A DNA stretch of 64,000 nucleotides, taken from assembly GCA_963766685.1 (NCBI GenBank), contig CAVYBJ010000001.1:343-64342 (forward strand). The letters are read 5' to 3'. A program made the position numbers and the translations under genes. This document shows positions 32,851 to 44,344 of the stretch, in pieces. Each line of letters starts with the position of its first letter. The stretch's first letter is position 1. The notes under the pieces were generated by a model that saw nothing but the letters and a program-made list of their open reading frames with translations, was not told where the DNA came from and ran no database searches. The DNA is from an uncultured Chloroflexia bacterium. Its GTDB lineage: Bacteria > Chloroflexota > Limnocylindria > Limnocylindrales > CSP1-4.

Positions 32851-35553
32851 ATGCCCGACCAGCAGAAGCCCCCCAGGAACCCCGGCCTCCGACCGCTGCT
32901 GCCTGCCCTCGAGCGACTGGCACCGGCGCCGGAGATGGCCGCCCTGGCCACGCAGATCGCGACCCGCACCCGCCCCGGGGACGTGGTGCTGGAACTGCAC
33001 GGTCGCGGTGGCTGGGTCACACGCGGGGCCATCGACCAGTTGCGCCGGGCCTTCACCATCGAGACCACGGCGCTCACGAGACTCGTGGCGGAGGTCGTCC
33101 TGCGTCCGCCCGACCTGCGCCACCTGGACGCGGCCGTGTCGGCCATCGCCGTGGACACGCGCGGCACGGAGGGCGGCCTGCGCCTGGCCATCGAGGGGAG
33201 CTATGCCTCTCGCTGCCCGACCTGCGGGGGCTCGGTGACCGTCGACGAGTTCATCTGGGACGCGGACGCGGCCGATCCGTCGCGTCGCTCCTTCCGCTGT
33301 CCGCGCTGTCGAGACAACCGCTCCGATGGCCGGCCCATCGCCGTGGATCCGGACGACCTCTATCGATCCCGCGCCGTGGACGCTTCGGAGGCCCGGGCGA
33401 TGCTGCGGGACCGCTTTGCCACCCCGACGCCCGGCCACGCGCTGCCCGACGAGCTCGTGGACCTCTATCCGCCGCGTGCCCAGGTGGCCCTGGCCGCCCT
33501 GCTGGAACGCATCGAGGGTGAGCTGCGGGCACCCTCGGTGCAGGCGGCCCTGCGCCTGGCCATCGTGCACATGGTGCTGCAGGTCAGCCGCCTCAACGGC
33601 TATCCGGGACGGGTGGCCGGCCTGCGCATCAGCGGCGGCCAGGTTCGCGGCTCCAGCTCCCGTCAGTGGCGTGAACGGAATGCCTGGTCCGTCTTCGAGG
33701 AAGGCACCCGCGCCGTGCGAGCCTTCGTGCAGGCGCTGGACGCTGGCGGCTCGCGGACGCCGGCGCGGGTCGGTCCGGACCTCCGCGCGCTCATGGACGG
33801 CTCGGCCAACGTGGCCCTTCGCTTCGGCATGCCACTGGGCCGGGAGACCTTCGGCCCACCCCCGCGCCCGGGTGCTGCTCCCGGTCCGCGGCCCCGCGTG
33901 GCACCCGCCGTGAAGCTCGTCCTCAGCCAGCCGCCCATCCACTGGTCGGCGGATAACCTCGCCTTCGCCTACCTGGCCACGTCGCTCGCGGTCGGACCGG
34001 AGGGCGCGGCGACGCTGCCCCTGGCGGGCATCTTCGGCCCAGCTCCGCGCTCCGAGTGGGCGCGCGACGCCGCCACCCTGCAGCGCGCCCTGGCCGCGGT
34101 GCAGCCGGTCCTGCTGCCGGATGCGCAGGCCGTGATCCTCCTCGGCGGCGCCAGCCCGGAGGCGCTCGTGGCGGCCGTCATCGGCGGGGTCGGGGCCGGC
34201 ATGCGCCTCGACGATGCAGCCCTCTCAGAGACGGAACGCGGCCTGGATGGCTCGGTCGTGTTCGTCCTGCCTCGTGCCCCGGCCACGGGCGCGCGCGAGG
34301 TGGCGCTGACACCGACGTCCGAGCGGCCGGGCCCCTTCCAGCTCTCCGCGGTCGAGGCCGCCATCGCCGACGTCGCCGTCGCCGTCGTGCAGCTGCGCGG
34401 CGAGCCGACGCGTTTCGACCGTGTCCTTGCCGAGGTCCTGCTGGGGCTGGACCACCTGGGCCACCTGCGCCGCCTGGTGGGCACGCCCCGTCCCGTGGAG
34501 GACGCGGACGATGAACCCGCCACGCCCCGCCAGGCGGGGCTCTTCGGGCTCGTCAGCGACCTCGCCGCCGTCCCTGCACCGGCGGCCCCGGACGAGGCGG
34601 TCGCGGAGGCGCCCGCTTGGCTCGCGAGCGCTGGCGGTGCTCCGCGCGAAGAGGGCATCCCGGCCTCGGACCCGGTGCGGCTGACGCTGGAGATCATCCG
34701 TCGCGAACTCCGTCGTCCCGATCATCCCCGGCTCGTGGAGCTCGAGGAGGACCTCTGGTGGCTGCGCGACCCGCGCGACCTGGCGGGCACCAAGGCGCCG
34801 CTCTCCGAGCGACTGGAGTGGGGCATCTTCAGCCTGCTCTCGACGAGCGGCGGGATCAGCCAGGCCTCCTTCGACGAACGGGTCGGCCGCCTGTTCCGCG
34901 GCCCCGAGACGGCTGACCCCGAGCTGGTGCGCGCCTGCCTGGAGTCGTACCGCACCCCCGAGCCGTCCCCGGACGGGCTCGTCCGCACCGCGGAGTCCCT
35001 GCCGCGGCGCTACGCCGAGCACGGCGAGATGGTGGGCCTGCTCACGGAGTTCGCGCATCGGCTGGGCATGCGGGCCTGGGTCACCAAGCGTGAGCAGCGG
35101 CGCATGTACCAGGGCGGGACGCTCGCGGATCTCCTGAGCGACCCCGAGCGGCGCGTGTACCTGCCCCTCGTGGCGCCGGGTCCCCAGGAGGTCCTCGAGG
35201 AGATCGACTGCATCTGGTACGTCCGGGGCCGCGGCGCCTTCCTCTTCGACGTGGAGTGGATGGCCGCCCTTGACGACGCGGTCCTCCGGCGTGGCCCCCG
35301 GATCGAGACGACGGACGCCCTCGTGCGCTTCCTGGTGGTCGCCGACGAGCGCGTGCCCCTCCTGCGCCTGCGACTGGCTCGCTCGCCCCTCCTGCGAGCA
35401 CGGCTCGAGGCGGACAACTGGCATATCCTCCGTTGGAGCAATGTCCGCCGTCTGCACGCTTCGAAGCGGGCGAGCCTGGCGGCGCTCGGTCCGCTGCTGG
35501 GTATCGACCCCGAGGTCGAGCGGGGCGACGACCAGATGGCCATGTTCAGGTAG
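32851..35553 (+). CDS. Large (900 aa) hypothetical protein with a Zn ribbon, SAM-methyltransferase-like motifs and a nuclease-like C-terminal core; function unknown
   Basis: Uninterrupted 2.7-kb ORF. Motif-I-like VVLELHGRGGW, ribbon CPTCGG(x21)CPRCRD, motif-IV-like LVLSQPPIHW, and C-terminal EIDCIWYVRGRGAFLFDVEW. No P-loop seen. Confidence 0.6.
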   Translation: MPDQQKPPRNPGLRPLLPALERLAPAPEMAALATQIATRTRPGDVVLELHGRGGWVTRGAIDQLRRAFTIETTALTRLVAEVVLRPPDLRHLDAAVSAIAVDTRGTEGGLRLAIEGSYASRCPTCGGSVTVDEFIWDADAADPSRRSFRCPRCRDNRSDGRPIAVDPDDLYRSRAVDASEARAMLRDRFATPTPGHALPDELVDLYPPRAQVALAALLERIEGELRAPSVQAALRLAIVHMVLQVSRLNGYPGRVAGLRISGGQVRGSSSRQWRERNAWSVFEEGTRAVRAFVQALDAGGSRTPARVGPDLRALMDGSANVALRFGMPLGRETFGPPPRPGAAPGPRPRVAPAVKLVLSQPPIHWSADNLAFAYLATSLAVGPEGAATLPLAGIFGPAPRSEWARDAATLQRALAAVQPVLLPDAQAVILLGGASPEALVAAVIGGVGAGMRLDDAALSETERGLDGSVVFVLPRAPATGAREVALTPTSERPGPFQLSAVEAAIADVAVAVVQLRGEPTRFDRVLAEVLLGLDHLGHLRRLVGTPRPVEDADDEPATPRQAGLFGLVSDLAAVPAPAAPDEAVAEAPAWLASAGGAPREEGIPASDPVRLTLEIIRRELRRPDHPRLVELEEDLWWLRDPRDLAGTKAPLSERLEWGIFSLLSTSGGISQASFDERVGRLFRGPETADPELVRACLESYRTPEPSPDGLVRTAESLPRRYAEHGEMVGLLTEFAHRLGMRAWVTKREQRRMYQGGTLADLLSDPERRVYLPLVAPGPQEVLEEIDCIWYVRGRGAFLFDVEWMAALDDAVLRRGPRIETTDALVRFLVVADERVPLLRLRLARSPLLRARLEADNWHILRWSNVRRLHASKRASLAALGPLLGIDPEVERGDDQMAMFR

Positions 35554-35593
35554 TCGGGCGCACTCCCACCAGCGCCTCAGGGGAGGTTCGGTC

Positions 35594-37282
35594 GTGTCCG
35601 TGGCACCGGTCGCCATCAGTCGTGTGCATGCCTTCGCAGATCGCGCCTGGGAGCAGTTCCTGGAGCTCAACCCGCTGTGGGCGACGTCCCAGGGCGACGA
35701 ACGCTGGGACGACCGGCTGGACGACCCCGGGCCGGACGGCCGCGCCGCCCTGCAGGCTCTGGCCGAGGGCTGGGCATCAGAGCTGCGGGTCTTCGAGGGC
35801 ATGGACCACCCGACCGAGGACGCTGTCACGCTGGACCTCCTGCGCGTCGTGGTCACGCGCCTGCGCCAGGCCCACGAGCTGCGGCTGTGGGAGATGGAGG
35901 CCATCGACCAGTACGGCGGCCCCCAGGGGCTCATCGGCGACCTCGCCCGCCTGCAGCGTGCCGACACGCCGGAACGCCTCGCCCGGCTGCTCGCCCGGCT
36001 GGCGGCCTACCCGGCCTGGATGGAGGCCCACCAGGCCAACGTGGAGGCCGGCCTGGCCGCCGGCCGGACCGCCGCCGCGCCGGTCGTGGAGCGCTGCATC
36101 ACCCAGACGCGACGCATGCTGGAGACGCCTCCCGAGCGATCGCCCATCGTGGTCGCCAACGCCTCGCTGGGCGAGGCCGTCCGCGACGCCCTCACCGAGG
36201 CGGTGATCCGGCATGTCCGGCCGGCGCATGCCGCCTGGCTGGCCCTGCTCGAGCGGTATGCGGGCCATGTCCGGGCCGGCGACGGCATCTGCCACCTGGC
36301 CGACGGCGACGAGCTCTACCGCCACCACATCCTGGCCTGGACGACGCTCGCCGAGGACCCCCGTGCCGTCCACGAGTACGGCCTGCAGCGGCTGGCCGAG
36401 ATCGAGGCACAGGAAGGGCGCATCGCGTCGGAGCTCCACCAGGGCGACATCCGCGAACTGCGACGCTTCCTGGATGCCAGCCCGGACAACCACGCCAGCG
36501 AGCCGCCCCAGCTCGTGCGCGCCGCGGAGGAGCTCATCGCCCGGGCAGAGGCCCAGGCGGGCCGCTGGTTCGGCCGGCTGCCCGGCGACGGCTGCGAGGT
36601 GCGCGCCGTGGAGCCCCACATGGAGCAGGAGGCGCCGCCGGCCTTCTATGTGCCGCCCAGCGAGGACGGCGCTCGTCGGGGCGCCTACTACATCAACACG
36701 TTCGACCCGGCCTCGCGGCCGCTGCATCGCCTGCCCGCCACGACCTTCCACGAGGCCGTGCCGGGTCACCACTTCCAGATCGCCATCGAGCAGGAGCTCC
36801 GTGACCTGCCCAGCTTCCGGCGCTTCGGCTCACGCCTGGCGGGCGGTGCCTACGTGGAGGGCTGGGCGCTCTACGCGGAGCGGCTGGCCGCCGAGATGGG
36901 CCTCTACGCGGACCCGCGAGAACGCTTCGGGGCGCTCGAATCGGAGGGCTGGCGAGCTGCGCGGCTCGTCGTCGACACCGGCATCCACGCCCTGGGCTGG
37001 ACGCGCCAACGGTCCATCGACCTGTTGCGCGAGCGGGCCGGCCTGTCGCTCCTCGAGGCGGAGACGGAGACCGACCGCTACATCAGCTGGCCCGGCCAGG
37101 CGCTCTCCTACATGATCGGACAGCGCGAGATCATGGCCCTGCGAGCCGACCTCGAGCGTCGCGACGGAGCGCGCTTCGACCTGCGTGCCTTCCACGACGA
37201 GACCATCGGGCACGGATCGTTGCCGCTCTCGACCCTGCGCGCGCAGCTGCCCGGCTGGGTCAGGCCGCGTGCCGACGACTGA
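35594..37282 (+). CDS. DUF885-family protein (putative metallopeptidase-like)
   Basis: SD GGGAGG lies 7 nt before GTG 35594. Family-typical FHEAVPGHHFQ, YVEGWALYAE and RYISWPGQALSY. Confidence 0.7.
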   Translation: MSVAPVAISRVHAFADRAWEQFLELNPLWATSQGDERWDDRLDDPGPDGRAALQALAEGWASELRVFEGMDHPTEDAVTLDLLRVVVTRLRQAHELRLWEMEAIDQYGGPQGLIGDLARLQRADTPERLARLLARLAAYPAWMEAHQANVEAGLAAGRTAAAPVVERCITQTRRMLETPPERSPIVVANASLGEAVRDALTEAVIRHVRPAHAAWLALLERYAGHVRAGDGICHLADGDELYRHHILAWTTLAEDPRAVHEYGLQRLAEIEAQEGRIASELHQGDIRELRRFLDASPDNHASEPPQLVRAAEELIARAEAQAGRWFGRLPGDGCEVRAVEPHMEQEAPPAFYVPPSEDGARRGAYYINTFDPASRPLHRLPATTFHEAVPGHHFQIAIEQELRDLPSFRRFGSRLAGGAYVEGWALYAERLAAEMGLYADPRERFGALESEGWRAARLVVDTGIHALGWTRQRSIDLLRERAGLSLLEAETETDRYISWPGQALSYMIGQREIMALRADLERRDGARFDLRAFHDETIGHGSLPLSTLRAQLPGWVRPRADD

Positions 37283-37348
37283 CCGCCGGCGGACCTGGCT
37301 GGCGCGGCGGTCCGGGTGCTCCGGAGCCGCCCACGGCCCCGGCGATCC

Positions 37349-38632
37349 TCAGGCGCGGGCGGCCACCAGCGCCTCGAGCGCGTCGCCCAGCCGCTCGACC
37401 TCCGCGGCCTCGTTGTAGGCGACGAGCCCGACGCGCACCATGCCGCCCTGCTCGGCCAGGCCCAGGGCCCGGATGAGCTCCCAGGCGTAGTAGTCGCCGT
37501 CCCAGGTGTAGATGCCCCGGTCGCCCAGGAAGCGTGCGATGTCCCGGGGGTGATGGCCCTCGATGGTGAAGGCGATGGTCGGACAGCGCTCTGCCGCTCG
37601 AGCAGGGTCCGTGATGCCGCGCACCCGGAGCCCCGGTACGGCGCTGACCCGCTCGATGAGCTGGCGCACGAGGGATGACTCGTAGCGTCGCGCGGCGGCC
37701 ATGGCGGCCAGCAGGCGCGGCCTGCGGTGGCGGTCCGCACTGCCTGGCAGGCCGGGAGCGCCACCCTGCGTGATGCCCACCTTCTCAAGGTAGGCGATCG
37801 TGCCGCTCAGGCCGGCCAGCAGCTCGTGCGCCTGGGTGCCGGTCTCGAAGCGGCCGGGGATGGCGTCCCCGGCCGGCCGAACGTGGATGGCTGGCAGCGA
37901 CTCCAGAAGCTCTCGCCGCCCCCACAGGATGCCCAGGTGCGGCCCGTAGAACTTGTAGGCGGAGCAGACCAGGTAGTCGGCCCCCAGCGCCTGGACGTCG
38001 ATGGAGAGGTGGGGCGCGGCGTGGACGGCATCCACCCACAGCTGCGCGCCCGCGGCATGCACGAGCTTCGAGATGCGCGGCACGGGGTTGATGGTGCCGA
38101 CGGCATTGGAGGCGAGGCCCACGGCCACCAGGCGGGTGCGCGGACCGAGCACCCGTTCGAGTTCCTCGAGATCGAGCGTGCAGTCGTCTGGCCGGATGCC
38201 CAGCCACCGGATCACCAGGCCGTGCTCCTCGGCCGTGCGCAGCCAGGGGGCCACGTTGGCGTCGTGGTCAAGGCGCGTGACGACGATCTCGTCGCCCGGC
38301 GCGAAGGTGGCCCCGATGGCCCGGCTGAGCGCGAACGTGATGGTCGTCATGTTGGGCCCGAAGCTGACCTCGTCGGCGTCGGTGGCGCCGAGCAGGTCGG
38401 CCGTGGCCACGCGCACGTCGTGGACGAGCTCGTCGGTCTCGAGGCTGGCGGCAAAGGCGCCGCCGTGGTTGCTGTTGCTGCTCAGCAGGTAGTCGTTGAT
38501 GGCTCGCAGGCAGGTGTCCACGACCTGCGTGCCCGCCGGCCCGTCAAGCCAGGCGACGGGCCGCCCGTCGGGTCCGGGCCGGCGCAGTGAGGGGAAGCGG
38601 GAACGGATGGCGGCGATGTCCCAGTCGGTCAT
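37349..38632 (-). CDS. Cysteine desulfurase-like class V aminotransferase
   Basis: 427-aa ORF. PLP-Lys context SAYKFYGPH, DAVHAAPH, and an N-terminal FPSL...AWLDGPAGTQ pattern of the SufS/Csd-like family. Confidence 0.8.
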   Translation of the reverse strand: MTDWDIAAIRSRFPSLRRPGPDGRPVAWLDGPAGTQVVDTCLRAINDYLLSSNSNHGGAFAASLETDELVHDVRVATADLLGATDADEVSFGPNMTTITFALSRAIGATFAPGDEIVVTRLDHDANVAPWLRTAEEHGLVIRWLGIRPDDCTLDLEELERVLGPRTRLVAVGLASNAVGTINPVPRISKLVHAAGAQLWVDAVHAAPHLSIDVQALGADYLVCSAYKFYGPHLGILWGRRELLESLPAIHVRPAGDAIPGRFETGTQAHELLAGLSGTIAYLEKVGITQGGAPGLPGSADRHRRPRLLAAMAAARRYESSLVRQLIERVSAVPGLRVRGITDPARAAERCPTIAFTIEGHHPRDIARFLGDRGIYTWDGDYYAWELIRALGLAEQGGMVRVGLVAYNEAAEVERLGDALEALVAARA

Positions 38633-38746
38633 GGGGGCAGTCTAGTGGGGCGACCCGGCGCTCCGTCGCCCCAACGGGTATCGTGCCCGCGTCGCAGGTC
38701 CCCGGATCCCCCGGGGCAGGACAGGAGCCCGGAGGAGGCACGACGC

Positions 38747-40726
<1,980 letters not shown>

Positions 40727-40785
40727 GCTCGTGACGCGCGGCGGCTCGCCATCGCGCGCGTGATCAGGCAAGGACAGGAGGGCAG

Positions 40786-41214
40786 ATGGGCTCGCTGGGT
40801 CTCGAGCGCGGGTTCGCCCTGGTGACCGGGACGATCCTGGTGGTGCTCGGGGTGCTGGGCACCGTGGGCGGCCCCTTCGTCGGCCGACCCGGGGCCACGG
40901 GACTCTTCGTGACCGGCTTCGGGCACGACCTGGTGCACCTGGTCTGCGGCGCTCTCTTCCTCCACGTGGCGGTGGCCTTCGACCGCCGCCAGCGCGCCTA
41001 CGGCCTCCTCGGGCTGGGCGTCTTCTTCATGGTCACGGGCCTGCTCAGCCTGCTCATCACGGACCTCTTCGGGATCTATGACGCGCCGACTTCTGGACTG
41101 GACCAGTTGGCGCACCTCCTGCTCGGCCTGGCCGCCGTGGTCATCGGCTGGATGGGCCGGGGCGTGGAGCGCCGGGAGGTCGGTCGCTCGGCCTCGCGGC
41201 CCCTGCGCAGCTGA
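40786..41214 (+). CDS. Small 4-TM membrane protein (DUF4383-like)
   Basis: 142 aa with four hydrophobic segments and recurrent ...HDLVHLVCG / AHLLLG motifs. SD AGGAGGG lies upstream. Confidence 0.5.
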   Translation: MGSLGLERGFALVTGTILVVLGVLGTVGGPFVGRPGATGLFVTGFGHDLVHLVCGALFLHVAVAFDRRQRAYGLLGLGVFFMVTGLLSLLITDLFGIYDAPTSGLDQLAHLLLGLAAVVIGWMGRGVERREVGRSASRPLRS

Positions 41215-41228
41215 CGCGCACGGTCATC

Positions 41229-42272
41229 GTGGCTGCGGCTGTCGCCGAGGAGCAGGGGAGGGCGTCGCCCATCCTCGACCGGCTGGCCCGACCGCTCAGG
41301 GACCTGCGCGTCTCCGTCACGGACCGCTGCAACTTCCGCTGCACGTACTGCATGCCGCGCGAGGTCTACGGCCAGGCCTTTCGGTTCCTGCCCCACGACC
41401 AGCTGCTCACCTTCGAGGAGATCGCGCGGCTGGCGCGCCTGGGCGTGTCGCTCGGCGTGCGCAAGGTGCGGCTGACCGGTGGTGAGCCCTTGCTTCGGCG
41501 CGACCTGGAGAAGCTGGTGGCCATGCTGGCGGCGCTCCCCGGGCTCGCGGACCTGACCCTGACCACCAACGGGTCACTGCTGGCGGAGAAGGCGACCGTT
41601 CTCGCGCAGGCCGGCCTTGGACGCGTCACCGTCAGCCTCGATTCGCTCGATGACGAGGTCTTCGCCCGCCTCAACGACGTGCGCTTCCCGGTGGCACGCG
41701 TGCTGGAGGGCCTGCTCGCCGCCGAGCGGGCCGGCCTGGACCCGATCAAGGTCAACATGGTCGTTCGCCGCGGGGTCAACGAGGACAGCATCCTGCCCAT
41801 GGCGCGGTTCGCGCGCGAGCGGGGCTACACCCTGCGCTGCATCGAGTACATGGATGTCGGCCACACCAACGGCTGGGACCTCGCCGAGGTCATGTCCGCT
41901 GCGGAGATCCTCGAGCGCGTCTCGGCCGAACTGCCCGTGGAGCCGCTGCCGCCCACGGAGCCGGGCGAGGTGGCGAGGCGGTGGCGCTACCTTGACGGCG
42001 CCGGCGAGATCGGCATCATCGCCTCCGTCACGCAGCCCTTCTGTGGTGCCTGCACACGCGCCCGCCTCACGGCGGAGGGACTGCTCTACACCTGCCTCTT
42101 CGGCGTGCGCGGTCACGACCTGCGTGGACCCCTCCGCCGCGGCGATGACGATGAGGCCCTGCGGGCCCGCCTGGCGGCGGCCTGGCAGCGGCGCGATGAT
42201 CGCTACTCGGAGGTCCGCTCGGAGGCGACGGAGCGGCTGCCGAAGGTCGAGATGTCACGCATCGGGGGCTGA
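41229..42272 (+). CDS. moaA: GTP 3',8-cyclase MoaA (radical SAM)
   Basis: CNFRCTYCMP radical-SAM cluster, GGEPLLRRD, and C-terminal FCGACTRARLTAEG second-cluster motif. Confidence 0.9.
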   Translation: MAAAVAEEQGRASPILDRLARPLRDLRVSVTDRCNFRCTYCMPREVYGQAFRFLPHDQLLTFEEIARLARLGVSLGVRKVRLTGGEPLLRRDLEKLVAMLAALPGLADLTLTTNGSLLAEKATVLAQAGLGRVTVSLDSLDDEVFARLNDVRFPVARVLEGLLAAERAGLDPIKVNMVVRRGVNEDSILPMARFARERGYTLRCIEYMDVGHTNGWDLAEVMSAAEILERVSAELPVEPLPPTEPGEVARRWRYLDGAGEIGIIASVTQPFCGACTRARLTAEGLLYTCLFGVRGHDLRGPLRRGDDDEALRARLAAAWQRRDDRYSEVRSEATERLPKVEMSRIGG

Positions 42273-42374
42273 GGTGACGCGACCGGGCCATCCTGTGCCG
42301 GGTATGCTGGCGAGCGCACGGCATCGTCGCGCACGATGGCGGCCGTCCATCGCGCAGGTGCTGGGAGGCCATGG

Positions 42375-43154
42375 ATGACGCAGTCCGGACCATCGCAGGC
42401 GTGGCCCCCTGGGGCCGACCAGGAGCCCCTCTGGGAGGCAGCCCCCGCAGAGGGTGAAGACGTCGCCGCGGGGCCGGCCGGGGAGGACGAGGCGTCGAGC
42501 GGGTGGCCGCCGGTGCCCCCGCCGTCGCCCGCTCGTGCCACCCGTACGGTCGCTCCCGCCGCAGGCTGGACGCGGTCGCTGACGTCGACCGCGGCCGTGC
42601 CCGGGCCATTCGGCTTCATCCTGGCGGACATCCCCAACCGCATCATCGCGATGGTCCTGGACGTGATCCTGCTGGCCGTCGTCGGCCTCGTCCTGGCGCT
42701 CGTCCTGGGCGGTCTGTTCGGCGGCCTGACGGGCGGCGCCTCCAGCGCCGGAGGGTCCTTCCAGGGCGCTGGCGGCGACCTCAACGTGGCCGCCTTCCTG
42801 GTCGTGGCCATCGCGCAGCTGGCCGTCAGCTTCGGCTACTTCGCGTACGGCTGGGTCATGGTGCGTGGCACGGCGGGCATGAAGATGCTGGGCCTTCGGA
42901 TCGGCGACCAGGACGATGGCCACGCCATGTCCTGGGACCAGGCGCTGCTGCGCTGGCTGCTGCTGGGCATCCCGGCCACGTTCGCCACGTTCGCGGTCAC
43001 CATCCCCAGCCTGGTGGGACTGCTCTTCGGCCTCATCGGCTTCCTGTGGCTCCTGGCGCTGCTGGTGACCATGGCGCAGAGCCCCAGCAAGCAGGGGTTG
43101 CAGGACCGCCGTCCGCGGACCATCGTCGTGCGATCCGGACGACGCCCGCGCTGA
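42375..43154 (+). CDS. RDD-family membrane protein with Pro/Ala-rich N-terminal region
   Basis: RDD-type core NRIIAMVLDVILLAVVG...GMKMLGLRI...LQDRRPRTIVV with three TM segments. The start ATG 42375 was chosen after SD GGGAGG. Confidence 0.65.
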   Translation: MTQSGPSQAWPPGADQEPLWEAAPAEGEDVAAGPAGEDEASSGWPPVPPPSPARATRTVAPAAGWTRSLTSTAAVPGPFGFILADIPNRIIAMVLDVILLAVVGLVLALVLGGLFGGLTGGASSAGGSFQGAGGDLNVAAFLVVAIAQLAVSFGYFAYGWVMVRGTAGMKMLGLRIGDQDDGHAMSWDQALLRWLLLGIPATFATFAVTIPSLVGLLFGLIGFLWLLALLVTMAQSPSKQGLQDRRPRTIVVRSGRRPR

Positions 43155-43426
43155 CCGATCGTGGCGCACCGCCCATCGGCGCCGTGGTTCTCCACCGTTC
43201 ATCCACCAGCGCCACGGATCTGTGGATGAAGGGTCGCCGGCGTCGCCGGGTTCGTGGACAACCCGGTTGACCCGTGCCCCCGGCGACGGGCACTATCCGG
43301 TTTGCCCGGAGGGGCCACCCGCGAACCGGGTCCGCTGAGATCGCATCAGCGCGGACCGGGAGCGCGAAGGTCGCTCCGGGCGCTTCTCATGTCCGGGAGG
43401 CCACGTCCTTCAGGAGCCAGCCCACC

Positions 43427-44281
43427 ATGACGAACGCTGCCGTGCCCTTCAGCCGCCGCCTCGACGAGCTCGAGGCCCGGGTGCGTCGCGAGAGCCATCT
43501 GCGGCCTCGGCTCGGGATGGTGCTCGGATCAGGCCTGGGTGGCCTGGCCGATGAGCTGTCGGACAGCGTGACCATCCCCTTCGAGGCGCTCCCGGGCTGG
43601 CCTGCTCCGTCCGCGCCCGGCCACAGCGGCCGACTCCTGCTCGGCACCCTGCGGGGCCTGCCCGTGGCCTGCCTGCAGGGGCGCCTGCACATGTACGAGG
43701 GCCTGGGCGAGCGGCTGGTCGTGGAGCCGGCGCTGCTCATGGGCCGCCTGGGTGCCTCCATCCTGCTGCTCACGAACGCCTCCGGCGGTGTGGACCCGAC
43801 CGTTGGCGCCGGGACCCTGATGGTCATCCGCGATCACCTCAACCTGACCGGTCGCCATCCGCTCATGGGCCCCAACGACGACCGCCTTGGCCCGCGCTTC
43901 CCGGACATGAGCACGGTGTGGGATGTCGAGCTGCGGGCGGACCTGCGAGCCGCTGCACTGGCCGAGGGCGTCGATCTGGCCGAGGGCGTCTACGCCGGGC
44001 TCACGGGGCCCAGCTACGAGACGCCGGCGGAGGTGCGCATGCTGGGCATCCTGGGGGCTCATGCGGTCGGCATGTCGACGGTCATGGAGGCCATCGCGGC
44101 CCACTGGGCGGGCATGCGGGTCTGCGGCGTCTCGCTGGTGACCAACGCGGGAGCCGGGCTCTCGGCCACGCCACTCTCGCACGAGGAGGTCCTGGCGGCG
44201 GCGGCCATCGCCGGCCCCAGGCTGGCGCGGGTCATCGGCCGTTTCGCGGCGGACCTCGCCTCGCGAGGCACGGCGGGCTGA
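43427..44281 (+). CDS. punA: Purine nucleoside phosphorylase (trimeric PNP/PunA type)
   Basis: GMVLGSGLGGLAD, GHSGRLLLG, GRLHMYEG, GPSYETPAE, HAVGMSTV and SLVTNAGAGL. Confidence 0.85.
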   Translation: MTNAAVPFSRRLDELEARVRRESHLRPRLGMVLGSGLGGLADELSDSVTIPFEALPGWPAPSAPGHSGRLLLGTLRGLPVACLQGRLHMYEGLGERLVVEPALLMGRLGASILLLTNASGGVDPTVGAGTLMVIRDHLNLTGRHPLMGPNDDRLGPRFPDMSTVWDVELRADLRAAALAEGVDLAEGVYAGLTGPSYETPAEVRMLGILGAHAVGMSTVMEAIAAHWAGMRVCGVSLVTNAGAGLSATPLSHEEVLAAAAIAGPRLARVIGRFAADLASRGTAG

Positions 44282-44344
44282 CAGCCCCGGGCTGGGCCCT
44301 GTGCGGCGCGATGGGCATCGGCGCCCGCGGTGCGAAGCGGCTCC

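Noticed and set aside
41215-41228. Molybdenum-cofactor riboswitch before moaA
   Set aside because: moaA starts 14 nt after the preceding gene, and the 59-nt gap before that gene is also too short. No Moco-motif sequence was recognised.
43290-43400. Calling the punA leader a ykkC-type (guanidine/PRPP/ppGpp) riboswitch
   Set aside because: GGGTCCGCTGAG and CCGGGAG loosely resemble the GGUCCGAGAG and GGGA elements. The conserved ACACGG and CUAGGGUUCCG blocks are not present. I kept it only as an unassigned structured leader.
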